Shown here one piece after another: positions 36,534 through 48,500 of a stretch of 64,000 nt of DNA; the first letter of the stretch is position 1; each line of letters begins with the position of its first letter. The notes beneath the pieces are model-generated. The model ran no database searches. It was not told the DNA's origin and saw only the letters and a program-made list of their open reading frames with translations. The stretch is from an uncultured virus (IMG/VR IMGVR_UViG_3300029448_000008). Taxonomy: Duplodnaviria; Heunggongvirae; Uroviricota; Caudoviricetes. The stretch lies in IMG/VR virus record IMGVR_UViG_3300029448_000008, one strand, 5' to 3'. The position numbers and the translations under genes are program-made.

Positions 36534-39500
36534 TTATCGTTCAGTTATCATTAAGAAATTTCTTAATGCAGTTTCTGGATCTGTCTGTAACCCGCTAATT
36601 CCTAGCCACTGTAGTGCTCTTACTTTAAGTTTGTTTTCACCTTTTTCCCATGGACCTGAGTCTCTTTGGTATTCTTCCATAGGTGCTCCTAATTGTTTTA
36701 ACAACTTCATAGTCCTTTCTATACTAGTTGTCATAGCTGTTGGAGATCTTAATATTCTAAGGAATTCTCCAGCTGCTTGTGGTGTAGGAGCAAAAGCCAT
36801 TATCTCTGCTCTAGTAGTAGTTAATAAATATAATAAATAATATGCAGGTACACTAATTTCTTCATCGTCATCATCTTGCATACCCATTAATATACTAACA
36901 AGTGTTGATAATATAGCTAATATTGTAATTTCATGCATAGTTTTCATAACAGCCTCCTTGTCTTGAGGAGTAAGCATGCTTCTTTTTTTAGTATCTAAAG
37001 CTCTTTTTATTAGATCACTCTCTGCACTAGTCTTCCAAGCATTCCACATGTTAGATATAGCTCTTCTATAAAATCCACCATCCGGTTCTCCTTTCTCATG
37101 ATTAACAAAATCAACTCTCCATCTATTCATTACTGTAGGTATAAGGAATTTTCTAAATAATTCTATCATTCTACCTGCAGCTGTCTGTGACAATACAGAT
37201 TTGTCTATAGATTTATAATTACCATTTAATCTTCTGTTCATTTCTGCTATCTCTAATGTAGTAGTTCTAATAATTTCTTGAGCTGTTTTCTTTTCTGCAG
37301 CTGTACCTTTAAATTCAAACTTCCCTGTTTTTTTATTTACTTTAAAAGCATCATATAACCCTACCTCTTCACCATTTACAACCACCTTTCGTTTTTTAAG
37401 CAATGCAATAGCCGCTGCTCCCTGGGCTGCAACCTCTCCTATATGATAATTTATTAATAAGTTATCTGGATTTAATAATGTTTGTCTTAATAAAGTATTA
37501 CCTGTAGTTTGCTTACCAGAAGCAAAATCATCAAACTCTCCTTGTATAGCATCAAAATATAATAACAATTGACCTAGATAACTTTTGTTGCCTAATTTTT
37601 GATATTTATCAACGAACAATGCTTTTATATTAGTAGGACTAACCATAGCTTTGTGTCCATCCAAAAACTCTGTTAATGATATTTTTCCTTTGTTTGCTCG
37701 TGCTGCTCCGGCTTCTATACCTTGTTGCCAGACAGCTGTTAAAAAGTTTCTTGACCCTTTTAAGAAATCTAATCCTAAAGTTGTTATAGCTGTATATCCT
37801 AAAATATTATCGACTATTTTATCTATCTGTATATTTGTACCAGGTAGCATTGTAACGTTTTTAGTTTTACCTAATAACACCATTTCAATATATTTTTCTA
37901 ATCTTTTAGCTACATAACTCTCTCCTTGTTTTATACTTGCTATTTTTCTACCAAGTTTATTAATACCTATAACATCAGGTCTTGTAGGATCTATAATTCT
38001 ATTTTGATTATAAGTATCTCTTAACATGTATGCTAACTTAAGAACTTCATTATTTTGTTCTGTTCTTAGTGCTGCATTAGAAAAAGTCATTAAAGATCCT
38101 TTTACATCTAAAGAAACTTCATTGGCATCTATATCCTCCATAAAATATACAGGCGCATAATTTCTTGTTTGATTTTGCATAGCTGCATATCCATATACAA
38201 ATGCGTCATCTTCATCTACTCTGAATAATCTTTCAGCCTCTTCCTTTATACCTTCAAAAGTTTTCTTATCTAATATTCTATCATAGAAACCTTTTCGTAG
38301 AGATGGTAATGACATATCTACGGTTTGTTTTTTATACACTTTTGCTAGTGCATCTCTATAGATTTCTGTAAACTGAGCATGTGCTTGTCCAATTTTATTT
38401 TTAGGTTTATCTGTTTTATCATATAAGTTAGACCATTTTTTATTTATATACTTATCGTTTGGTTGTGTTACCTGGTATCCAAAGTATACAGGATTGTCGT
38501 TCTTCATACCGGACACAGCTGATTCTACAGACTGCATCATATCAAACTCTGGTTTACCTATAATACCTAACTTATACATTGCAGCTGGATTCATTTGACT
38601 TCTAGCCCAACCTCTTACATCATTCTGTCTTCTCATTATAGTTCTAATCTCATCTTCAGTTTTAGGCTTCATGTTCTTTTTATACCAACCGGTTTTTCTA
38701 AGTTGTAATCTTAACAAGTCTTTTTCTTCTGGTCCTACTTTCTTTTGTGTTTCTAATCTTTGCAGTTGTGTTTCTAAATCACTTATAATATCTGCTACAC
38801 CTTCCTGATCTTCTTGTAGTTTATAACCTTCTAGTTGCGCTTTTACTTTTTTAATACGTCTATCTAGATTAGCAAAATACTCTACTCTTAGCTTTTTCAT
38901 CAGATCGCTGTTAGATGCAATCTTAAGCTCTGCTTCTTCTAGTGCTTTTTCAAATAATGAAATATCATATTTAGTAACAAGAGTCCAAACATCTTTATTA
39001 CCTGTTCCTCTATGATTTATTAACTCTATAATATCTTCATATAATTCTCTAGGATTATTAGACACTTTACCTCCTTGTTCTTTTTTAGCTTCCTTTAATA
39101 AGTTATCTGTGCTTTCTAATTCGTTAGATATATTAATAGCTTCTCGTCTAGCTTCTATTGCTAAAGATGATGTATAATTAACAAGTGCTGCTAACCCTGG
39201 ATCTGATGTAGTACCGGGTGCCATAAGCATATAACCTAACCAATCCATGTCATGTGAACTATATAATAAGAAGTTAGCAAAGTCTGTTTCTGATTGTGGT
39301 GCTTGTTCTGCTAGTTTAGAAAACTTAGCTACACTTCCTTTTAATCTACGAATTTTATCTGCTTTTGCTTTATCATCTAAGTCTGATGCTAGTATTTTAT
39401 CTATCTGTTTATTTACATCATCTAATCTTATATCTACAAACTTTTTAGTTTCTACTCCTGATTTTTTAATCATAGGATATAACTTGTTTGCTAGCACAGG

Positions 39501-42500
39501 TATAAACTCTTTACGTAATGTAGTCTTCATATTCTCTAAAAGAGTAACAGATTCCTGCAGTTTCTTTAACATCTTCTCGCTCTCTTTGTATTTTGTATTT
39601 TTAAGCTTAGATTTAAATGCTTCAGGTAACTCATTAATAAAAGACATATCTTCTAGTAATATTCTATACTTTGTAAGACCATCTATCATTTCTTCTACAG
39701 ATCTATTTTTACTTAAGAATGTATTAAGCAAAGTATGCTGTGCTTTTACATCATCATAGAAATCATCTATACTATTAAATACATCTTGTGCTAGTTCTAT
39801 ATCAGCTATAATTTTAGCAAGCCTTGCAGATCTATTTTTAACAAATGCAGTATTCTTAACATTACCTTTTTGTATTTCTTGCAGCTGTTTATTTAAAAGT
39901 ATAAGTACATTATTTGTAACGTTCCTATCCGGGTCAACGCTTCTCATCTTAACAAGATCTTCAGTAGTCTCTGGCATATATGGTTTTAACTTAAGAACCA
40001 TACCTGCAGATCGTAATCCTTTTATATAATCTTTCTCTTGTTTAGTACCGTTTTTCTTCCAGTCTTCTAGATTTTTGTATCCTAGCTCTTTAGCTAAATC
40101 TTCTTGTTGTGATTTACGTAAGTTTGTAAAAGATCCTAAAGCGGTTTTACCTTGTATGGATGCCATACCTCTATCTTTGTTGCCTTCAAACATTCTTACA
40201 ATAGACTCTAGTATAGGCATTGCTTCTCCGTCAAATACCATCTGAGAAAACTCCTGGTTAGTTAGTAACTTAGATACATTAGAAGCTGTAGTTTTAACTA
40301 CTATATCACTAAACATACTAGAATTACCTGCAGGTAGATTAAACATCTGGTCCTGTGAAAAGCTTGCGTACTCATAGTCTTTACTTAGTAGTCTATCTAC
40401 TGGGGTTAACAATCTAGATAACTCAGCTAATTCTGAGCCTTCTTGTATTTCTATGCCAAATACATTGGCTAATAGTTGTACAAATTTACTCCACATACTT
40501 TGCAATATACCTTGCTCGTTAGGAGATCTTAGTTTGTTTAAGTCATTGACTAGTGCTTCATCTTTATATACTAAGTGTGTTATTAGTTCTTCAGCTGCTT
40601 TCTCTTCGTCTTTATAAAATTTATTATATCTATTAAATATAGCTTGTATGCCTTTTGCATTCTCATCATTACCATGGTTTTCAACAAGCTGCTTATACCA
40701 GGATAATACATCCTTTCTTAGTTTAGTTTTCTCTTCTTTAGGTAACGTGTCTAGACCCGCATGTAGTGCTTCTTCTAAGAATAAAGAAGTGCTAAGATTA
40801 TTTAATGTAATTTTACCTTGCATATAGCTACTACCTTTAGCTTGCGGATCATATATTACTTTAACACCAGCCTTTTCTAAATTATTTATCAAAGGAGTAA
40901 ATTTCTTTATATTAAGTTCTTTTGCTATCTGTGTAGGAGTATACTCTCCAGCTGCAAAAGTCTCTGTAACCTCTTCTATTTGCTCTAATTTAACAGGTCC
41001 TTCTATAAAAGCAGGCTTTGTTTTAGGTATAACACCTGTTTCTTGTGCTTGGTCTAATGCTTTAGAAAACTTCTCAAATGTTTTTGCAGGTAAGTATTTT
41101 ACAAAAGAATTATTTACAAAATCTAACTTACTAGTACCAAACAAGTAACGTAATAAGTCATCTGCTAAGCCTTTATTATCTTCAAATAAATCTTCAAAGT
41201 TACCAATAAGTAATCCTTCTATTTCCGGGCTCATTTTAGTTTGACTATCTGCTATTAACTTACCATCTGCAACTCTTAATAAAGCATGTAGTGCAATGTT
41301 ATTTTTATACTTAGGATTTTTCTTAAGCTCTTGTATTCTTTGTATAATTCTAGCGGCATCTGCTTTTGTAGTATTACCGTATACACTTACAAAAACTTTC
41401 TGTACATCTACATCATTTAAAAATCCTTTATCATATATATTATTTAAGTTATCTAATACATTTTTGCTATTTTCATATACAGGATGAACTTGTCTTAACG
41501 CTTTATTATCATTAAGACTTTTCATAAGGAAGCCTCTTCTTCTATTGTTAGTAGCAAACTGCTGATCTAATCCACTAACTGTAGATAATACTTGAGTTAA
41601 CTCTCTTACATTATCTGCAGCTGGTCCAGTTAATATACTTCCTACAACATCTAAGGCTGCTTTTTGTGTTTGTAAATATTGTGTTTCTGCAGTAGATAAC
41701 TCTTGATTATTATTAAGTTTATCTAATACATCAGTAAATATTAAGTCAGATTTTAAATGTTTATCTAGTTCTTTACTATTCAACTCTACTGCTTTTATAC
41801 CTTTTAGTTGTTGTTGTAACGTTGCAAGATGATAATTGCCTTTGTAACCTTCTGGTGGTGTTACAAGTTCTTGCTGCTCTGTATAATATTTTAAAATAGG
41901 TTGATTAACTATCATAAGAGTTCTCATCTGACCTATACCTAACGCTATAAGATCCGTAGCAGCTACAGTCATATCTGCACTTAAGTTAACTTGCGGTGCT
42001 AGTCCTAACTTAACGTTATCTACAAAAAGTGTAATAATAGAAGACATAGAATCAAACTTACTTCTAGTTCCTTCTTCTAATTCTAGCTTATCATTTATAT
42101 CATCTTCTTTTACTATAGTATAAGTATTATATTCTTTACCGTCTATAGTAATAGCATTTACAGGTATTTGCATTTGTTCTGCAAACTGTGTAATTATAGA
42201 GTAAGCACTGTTAGCATTAGCTCCTATACCTACATTGCCCGCACCTATTTTATTTTGTACATGGTAATCTAATATACCGGTAACAGTAAATATAGATTTT
42301 TTAGTTTCTTTGCCTCCATACTTTTCTACAAAGTCTCTTGCTTTACCTTCGGTAGCAGGTTGGAACATTACCTCTTGTACTTCTGGAGTATTAAATATAG
42401 CAAACATATTATCTAACATGTTATTTTGTAATGCTTGAGGATGTGAGTATGCTGCTTGTCCTTCGTCATTTAGTATACCAAGTCTTTGCATTGTTTCTGT

Positions 42501-45500
42501 AGGTCCTAAACCAAATACTTGCTGTGCAAGTTTAACATATTGATTTTCACCCCAATACTGTTTGTATTGTGCTAACGTTGGTTCTGCAGGTAATACAACT
42601 CTTAGACCTTCTTCGTTTACTATAGATGCATATCTATGTAAGTATAGTTTATCTAAGTCATAATCGGATCCTGCAAGAGCCGGTAACTCTAGTGGTGTTA
42701 CTATAGAGTCTCCTTGTGCATCTGGTAAGAATCCTACAACTTTTAAAGGTATCATAGAGTGATGCGCTTGTACAGGAATACGTACACCAAATGCGGTTAA
42801 TAGTTTAGAAGGCACATCTTTTATGTTTTCAAACTCATTAAGATTAAACATCTTTCTAGATGCTAGTATCTCAGCGTATTCAATAGTTCCATTTACATTT
42901 CTATGTATTCTAAGTGGTTGACCTGTTTGCGGATTTACAAAGTGTGTACCAGATATAAGAGTAGCTTGACCTCCTACAGCTCTACTAGTAAGTGCATCTC
43001 TATTAAACAAGTTTAGTATAGCATTCTTTACTAAATTTCGAACGTGTGGTATGTTATAATTATAATTTTCAAATAAATCCAGAATTGTATCATTTCGTCT
43101 ACCTCTATTATTTTCTAGTATAATAGCCTTTGCTAAATCTCTGTTATTCGGGTCAGATACAATTGTATTAACAAGCTCATTAAATATAGCTTTGTTGTCT
43201 GCATTAGATTGATTTATAACATCTACTATTTGTCTGTTATCTCCTTGTACTACAGATCCTATTAGATCGTGCAGCTGTTTAGCTACTGCAGATTCAGTTT
43301 CTATTCCATATCTAGACTTAGTTTTATTTACTACCTGGTCTCTTTCATATTGCATGCTACCTTCAAAGATTAAATCTTCGTTAATATCTTGTGTTGTATT
43401 AAAGAAGTCAGATGATACACCAGGATCTGATTTTCTTTTACTAGCACTCTGTGCAATAAGGTACATTACTTTATTATTATTAAGTGCATTATATATGTTT
43501 AACAATTGTGGGTTACCTGCTCTATCTTGTTCTTCTGCAAGGGATTGTGTTAAAATAAAATCTGATTTTTTAAAGTATCTATTACCATCTTCATACACAG
43601 TCTTTGTACTGTTAAGATCTAACCTATTCATTTCAGAAGGAGTTAGTCTTATAGACGGATCATCTAAACTCTTTTTTAATTTTTCTAGTATTTGTTTTTG
43701 TTTATCAGATGTATAATTATTAGACTCTAGTTCTCTTACAGCATACATTTTATCTGTAATAATTACCTGAGCATCATTTGTTACACTCTGTACACCAAAA
43801 TCTGTATCGATGACATTGTCATCTATCATAAGATATTTGTAGTTTATAGTACCTTTCTTAAGACCAGCTGCATTAAACCCGGCTAAACGTTTATTAAAAT
43901 CTACATCATTTTTAAAATTAGAATCTCCTAGAGCCAATTGTGTGTAGTTACCACCCATTATTAGGTAGTTTAAAGCCATATTACCTACCTTAGAGTTATA
44001 ATCTCCTACACTAGGACCATCTAACACTAACTTATCTATATCGTCTCTTAGCTTTAATTGTGTTATTCTATTATTTAGATCTGCAATTGTAATTTGTAAT
44101 GCAGGTTTTATAATATTATCTTTTATAAATGACTCTATACCGTCTAATGTTTCTCTACCTTTTAAAAATTCAGGCACAGTTTGCTTCTCACCATTAATAC
44201 CTGTAATCTCCATGTTTTCTAACATAGATAATATACCAAAGTATTGACCTCCATCTAGTTTACCTTCGTCTGTTAAGTTACGTTCAAACTCTCTAACAAA
44301 TAAACTATTGTACATATCGTCTATAGCTAGTTGTGTAACTCCTCCATCATAATATCTTTTCTTAGGCAGTCTTATAGCATATAAAGACTTTTTACTTTCT
44401 ATTACATGTGGTGTGTAGTAAGCATGTCCCTGTATGTCTTCATTTAAGAAGAGCCCGAACATTAACATTAATCTTTGTTTATCAGATATAGTTTTATTAG
44501 TAGCAGTGTCTTGTCCTTGTACAAAGTCTCCTGCCATTTTTATTTCTATGCCTGATACATTATCTTTTAATAAGTTATTAGGTAGTAATGTAAACCTATC
44601 ATTAAGTTTACCTTCTTTTGCAAGTCGTGCAACTTCCATGTATAAGTTTCTAGGTACATATCTATATCTAGATTTACCCTCTGCGTCTCTATAGTTAGCT
44701 TCGTATGTAGACGGATCAAAGATAGCAGCTATTTTTGCCATCTTGTATAGAGGATGATTTTGTTTTAGACTGTTTGGTTTTTTGTTATAGTTACTTAGTT
44801 TACCTAAGAACCCTTTAAAGTTACCAAGCTCGTTATACATTAGTTCAGGATATGCATCTCTAAGTGCTTGATCTCCTAGCATATACGCAGCTGCGGCTGG
44901 TGTTATCTGCCATCCTAACTTATCAAATGCTTTAACTAATAACTCTGTATTACTATATGGAGTTCCTTCTTTCTCTAATATAGTATTGATTAATCTTATA
45001 GCAGCATTCTTAGTCTTTGTGTCTATACCAGCACTATTACTATACCATTTATTTAGTATTAGCTTAGGCGCATCTTGTGATACAGGGTCTACAATATTAG
45101 CTTTGTTATCTTCTACTAACATTTTCACATACCCTAACTCGAATCTGTTAAATGCATTTACAAAACCTGGTATAAAACTAGGATTATTTTTTAGTGCTAG
45201 TCTTACTTGTGCTATTTGCGGATCGTATGCTGCAACAGCATCAAGTCTAGCCATTATGTTACCTTCGTTTGTTTGATTAGATAACATCATCATAAGTTTA
45301 CCTGCTATAGTATGACCATCTAATGTCTTAAGTATTTGTGTAGTACCGTACTTTTCAGATTGCCATGTAGTTCTACCAAAGATATCTGTAGTAGGTGTAG
45401 TTAAATTAGATATAAATTGTTTTATTCTACTAGGAAGAGAATCTATACCTCCTAGTTCTGTAAAATCCATATCCCAATTTGCACTTAATATATCAGCCTC

Positions 45501-48500
45501 TTCTTCTACATATTTGTATTGAGCTTTTACTTTATCAAATAAAGAAGATCTATCAAACTCAGGAGATTGTAATATAACTTTTTGTCTTAAGGCAAACTTA
45601 GCCTGTTCTACTACTTGTTTATACTCTTCTTTAGTATATGTCTTATTAGGATCTACAAAAGATTTAATAGTTATACCTTCTATATATTTATCTAGTATTT
45701 GATTTAATGCATCAGTAACATCCTCTGTAAATACATCTCCATCTTTCAGCTGTGCAAACAACTGCGACTCTAAATCTAATCTTACACCATTGTTAAGATT
45801 TTTAACGTCTAGGTTAGCCATTTCATCACCTAGTTCTTTACGCAATTGTTGTTCTAACTCTTCAGCTGTATAAGATTCTTTGTCTTCTAAAGAGATTTCT
45901 TCTTCTATTACTTCTTCTGTAAATGTAGGTTCTTGTAAAGTGTATATATCATTACTAACCTCAATAGACATAGTAGGATTAACAAAGCTTGCACCTGGTA
46001 GTAAACTACTTTCGAAGTCTGCAGGATTTATTTCTGATCCGTCATTTGGTATACTCTCTTTAAAACTACCATTTGTTATTTGTGACCCTCCTTGTATATT
46101 AGCAAGAGCTCCATTAATAGTATCTATTATAGTCTTAAGAGATGCGTTATTAGCAAGTCTTATATTATTTAAACCATTTATCTTTTGATACTGGTCTTTT
46201 ACTTTACGCTGCCCGTATATACTAAGCTTATAAGAGTTAGTCTTCTTATCAAAGTCTGCTCCTACTTTAATATCTATACCGTCAATTGCTATAAACATGT
46301 TTAGTTTTTTATTTATAGCATCTAGTTCTTGATTATAGTCTAACTCTACTCCGGTTTTTACTAGTTGGTTTAGTCTAGCTATGTCTTTCTTAAGAGTCTG
46401 TAGTCTTTTGTTAGCGGCTTTTTCATCTACCTTTTTAGGAAATATTCTAACCCAGTTAACAACGTTACCTCTTTTAACTAATGCAAAATATCTACCTTTA
46501 AACTCATTACCTGGTAGCATAGACATGTGCTCTTCAGAAGGATTAGTCCCTAATATAACTTTACCTAAGTGTTTGTCATATATAATATAATCTCCGTCAA
46601 ATGTATGAGGGCTAGTAATATTATCAATACTTATTCTTGACTCCTGGTTGTTGTTAGCTAAGCCTCCTTGGAATTTAAAAGAAAATAAACTATCATCTAA
46701 TATTTGTGGGTTTTCTAAACTAGCACTAGGATATAAAGTTTCTAGTTTAGTTAGTGCATCATTTAATATTTTATAATTATTTTGAAACTCTGCCCATGAT
46801 TGATCCGTAAAAGGTTGTCCTGTCTTCTTAAAGTTTTTATAGAAAAACTCTTTGGTCATCTTATCACCAGGTATTAAATTACCTTCTTTATCATAAAATC
46901 TATTACTAGATCTTATAACTCCTAACAAGTTTCCAGATCTCATATCACGTATCTGTAAGAATGATCCGTTCATATTTATCTGCATGTCCCCTTGTTGTAT
47001 AGGATTATTACCAAGCTCTCTAGGTACAGAAACAAATTCTATTTGTATATTTTTAATCAGGTCTGGGTCAGTAAGAATTCTATCTGCTAGTTCTTCTTTT
47101 GTCATAGTGCCCATAGATCCTGCTTCTGATACCACGTGTAACCAGTAGGTAGTTAGGAAGTTATCCATGTGTTTATTGTTATCTATAGTAGGTGCTAAAT
47201 ACTCCCCTTTAACATCCTTCTCTTTAATAACAATATTTTTACCGTCTTTGTCTTTGTTTTTTAGTACGTATTGTTTTTTACCATCTGGTCCTATTTCTAT
47301 TCTTTCTATTTCACTAGTTTCATTATTACCATGTACTATATGTGTAGGTGGTACACTATCTACAGTACCTCCTATAACATCTTCTACAGCTTTAGCTTGT
47401 CTATCTGCTTGCTGTTGTGCTTTAACTTGTGCTTCTTTTTGTTTTCTTTTTCTTTTTTCTGAAAAAGTTTCTTTAGGTGTATTTTCATCCTCTTTTGTCT
47501 TTTCACTTTTTGGAGCTTCTTGTTCTTCTTGCTGTTCTTCATCTGTTTTCATAGACTCAGATATAGCTTGATCGTATTCAGCCCATGTATCAGGAGAAGT
47601 TAAGATTTCATTAATCTTATCATCATGTTGTTTTATATTTTCATCAAGAGTTTGTATAAGAGCATCATATGCTTCTTGTTCTTTACCGGCTTGCGCGGCT
47701 CCTGTTACTTTTAAACTTTCTACTATGTCTTTAAATCTTGGGTCTTTACCTAAAGATTTTAATAGTTGATTAAACTTTCTTTTTTTACCTGGTTGTAAAG
47801 AATTAAACAACTCTTCTATTTTTTGTTTTTGATACTCTGATCTAGTTTTTTGTAATGCTAATTGTTTTAATCCTTGAACTATAGTATTAGGTATATTTTC
47901 TAAATTATATTGTTTTGCTAGATTTGGATCAGCAAAGTATTCAAGCATAGTATCATTAATGCTTTTAAGATTAGTAATACCTAATTCTTCAGCTTTAATT
48001 TTATCTAACCTTTTTTGTTTTTCAACATCAGTTAGCTTATCATTAGATTCTATATCAGCTCTTCTTTTATTTAATCTGTTTAATCTGTCTTTATAATTTA
48101 CATCATGTAGTAAACTTTGACCTACTACATATTGTCCTTTAGGTGATAGATAACTATAAGCTATTTCATTTTGTTTCCATAGTTCATTTAATCCATCTAC
48201 TTTTTTCTTTAATTTATTTCTTTGATACAGACTTAATGTTTTTTCTCCATATAGGTGATCTATCATTTGCGTTACATCTGTATATCTACCTTCAGCAATA
48301 AGAGTCATAAGATCCGGTTCATAAGCACTATCCATTATAGTACGTGCTCCTGCTCCTAATATAAATCCTAAACCTCCTTCTTGTAAAAGTTGACCAGTAT
48401 CAAAGGCTCCTACTCTAAATTTACCTTTACCAAACTGTGCATCTTCTGGTGCAAAATAATTATTATATGTTCGTTCTGTTGCTTGTACAATACTTCCTTG

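Noticed and set aside
36631..47571. Plus-strand ORFs inside the vRNAP gene, and similar antisense ORFs elsewhere (e.g. 3369..3854, 6984..7241, 63353..63697)
   Set aside because: They are antisense shadows of long genes, with S/L/F-rich composition and no motifs.
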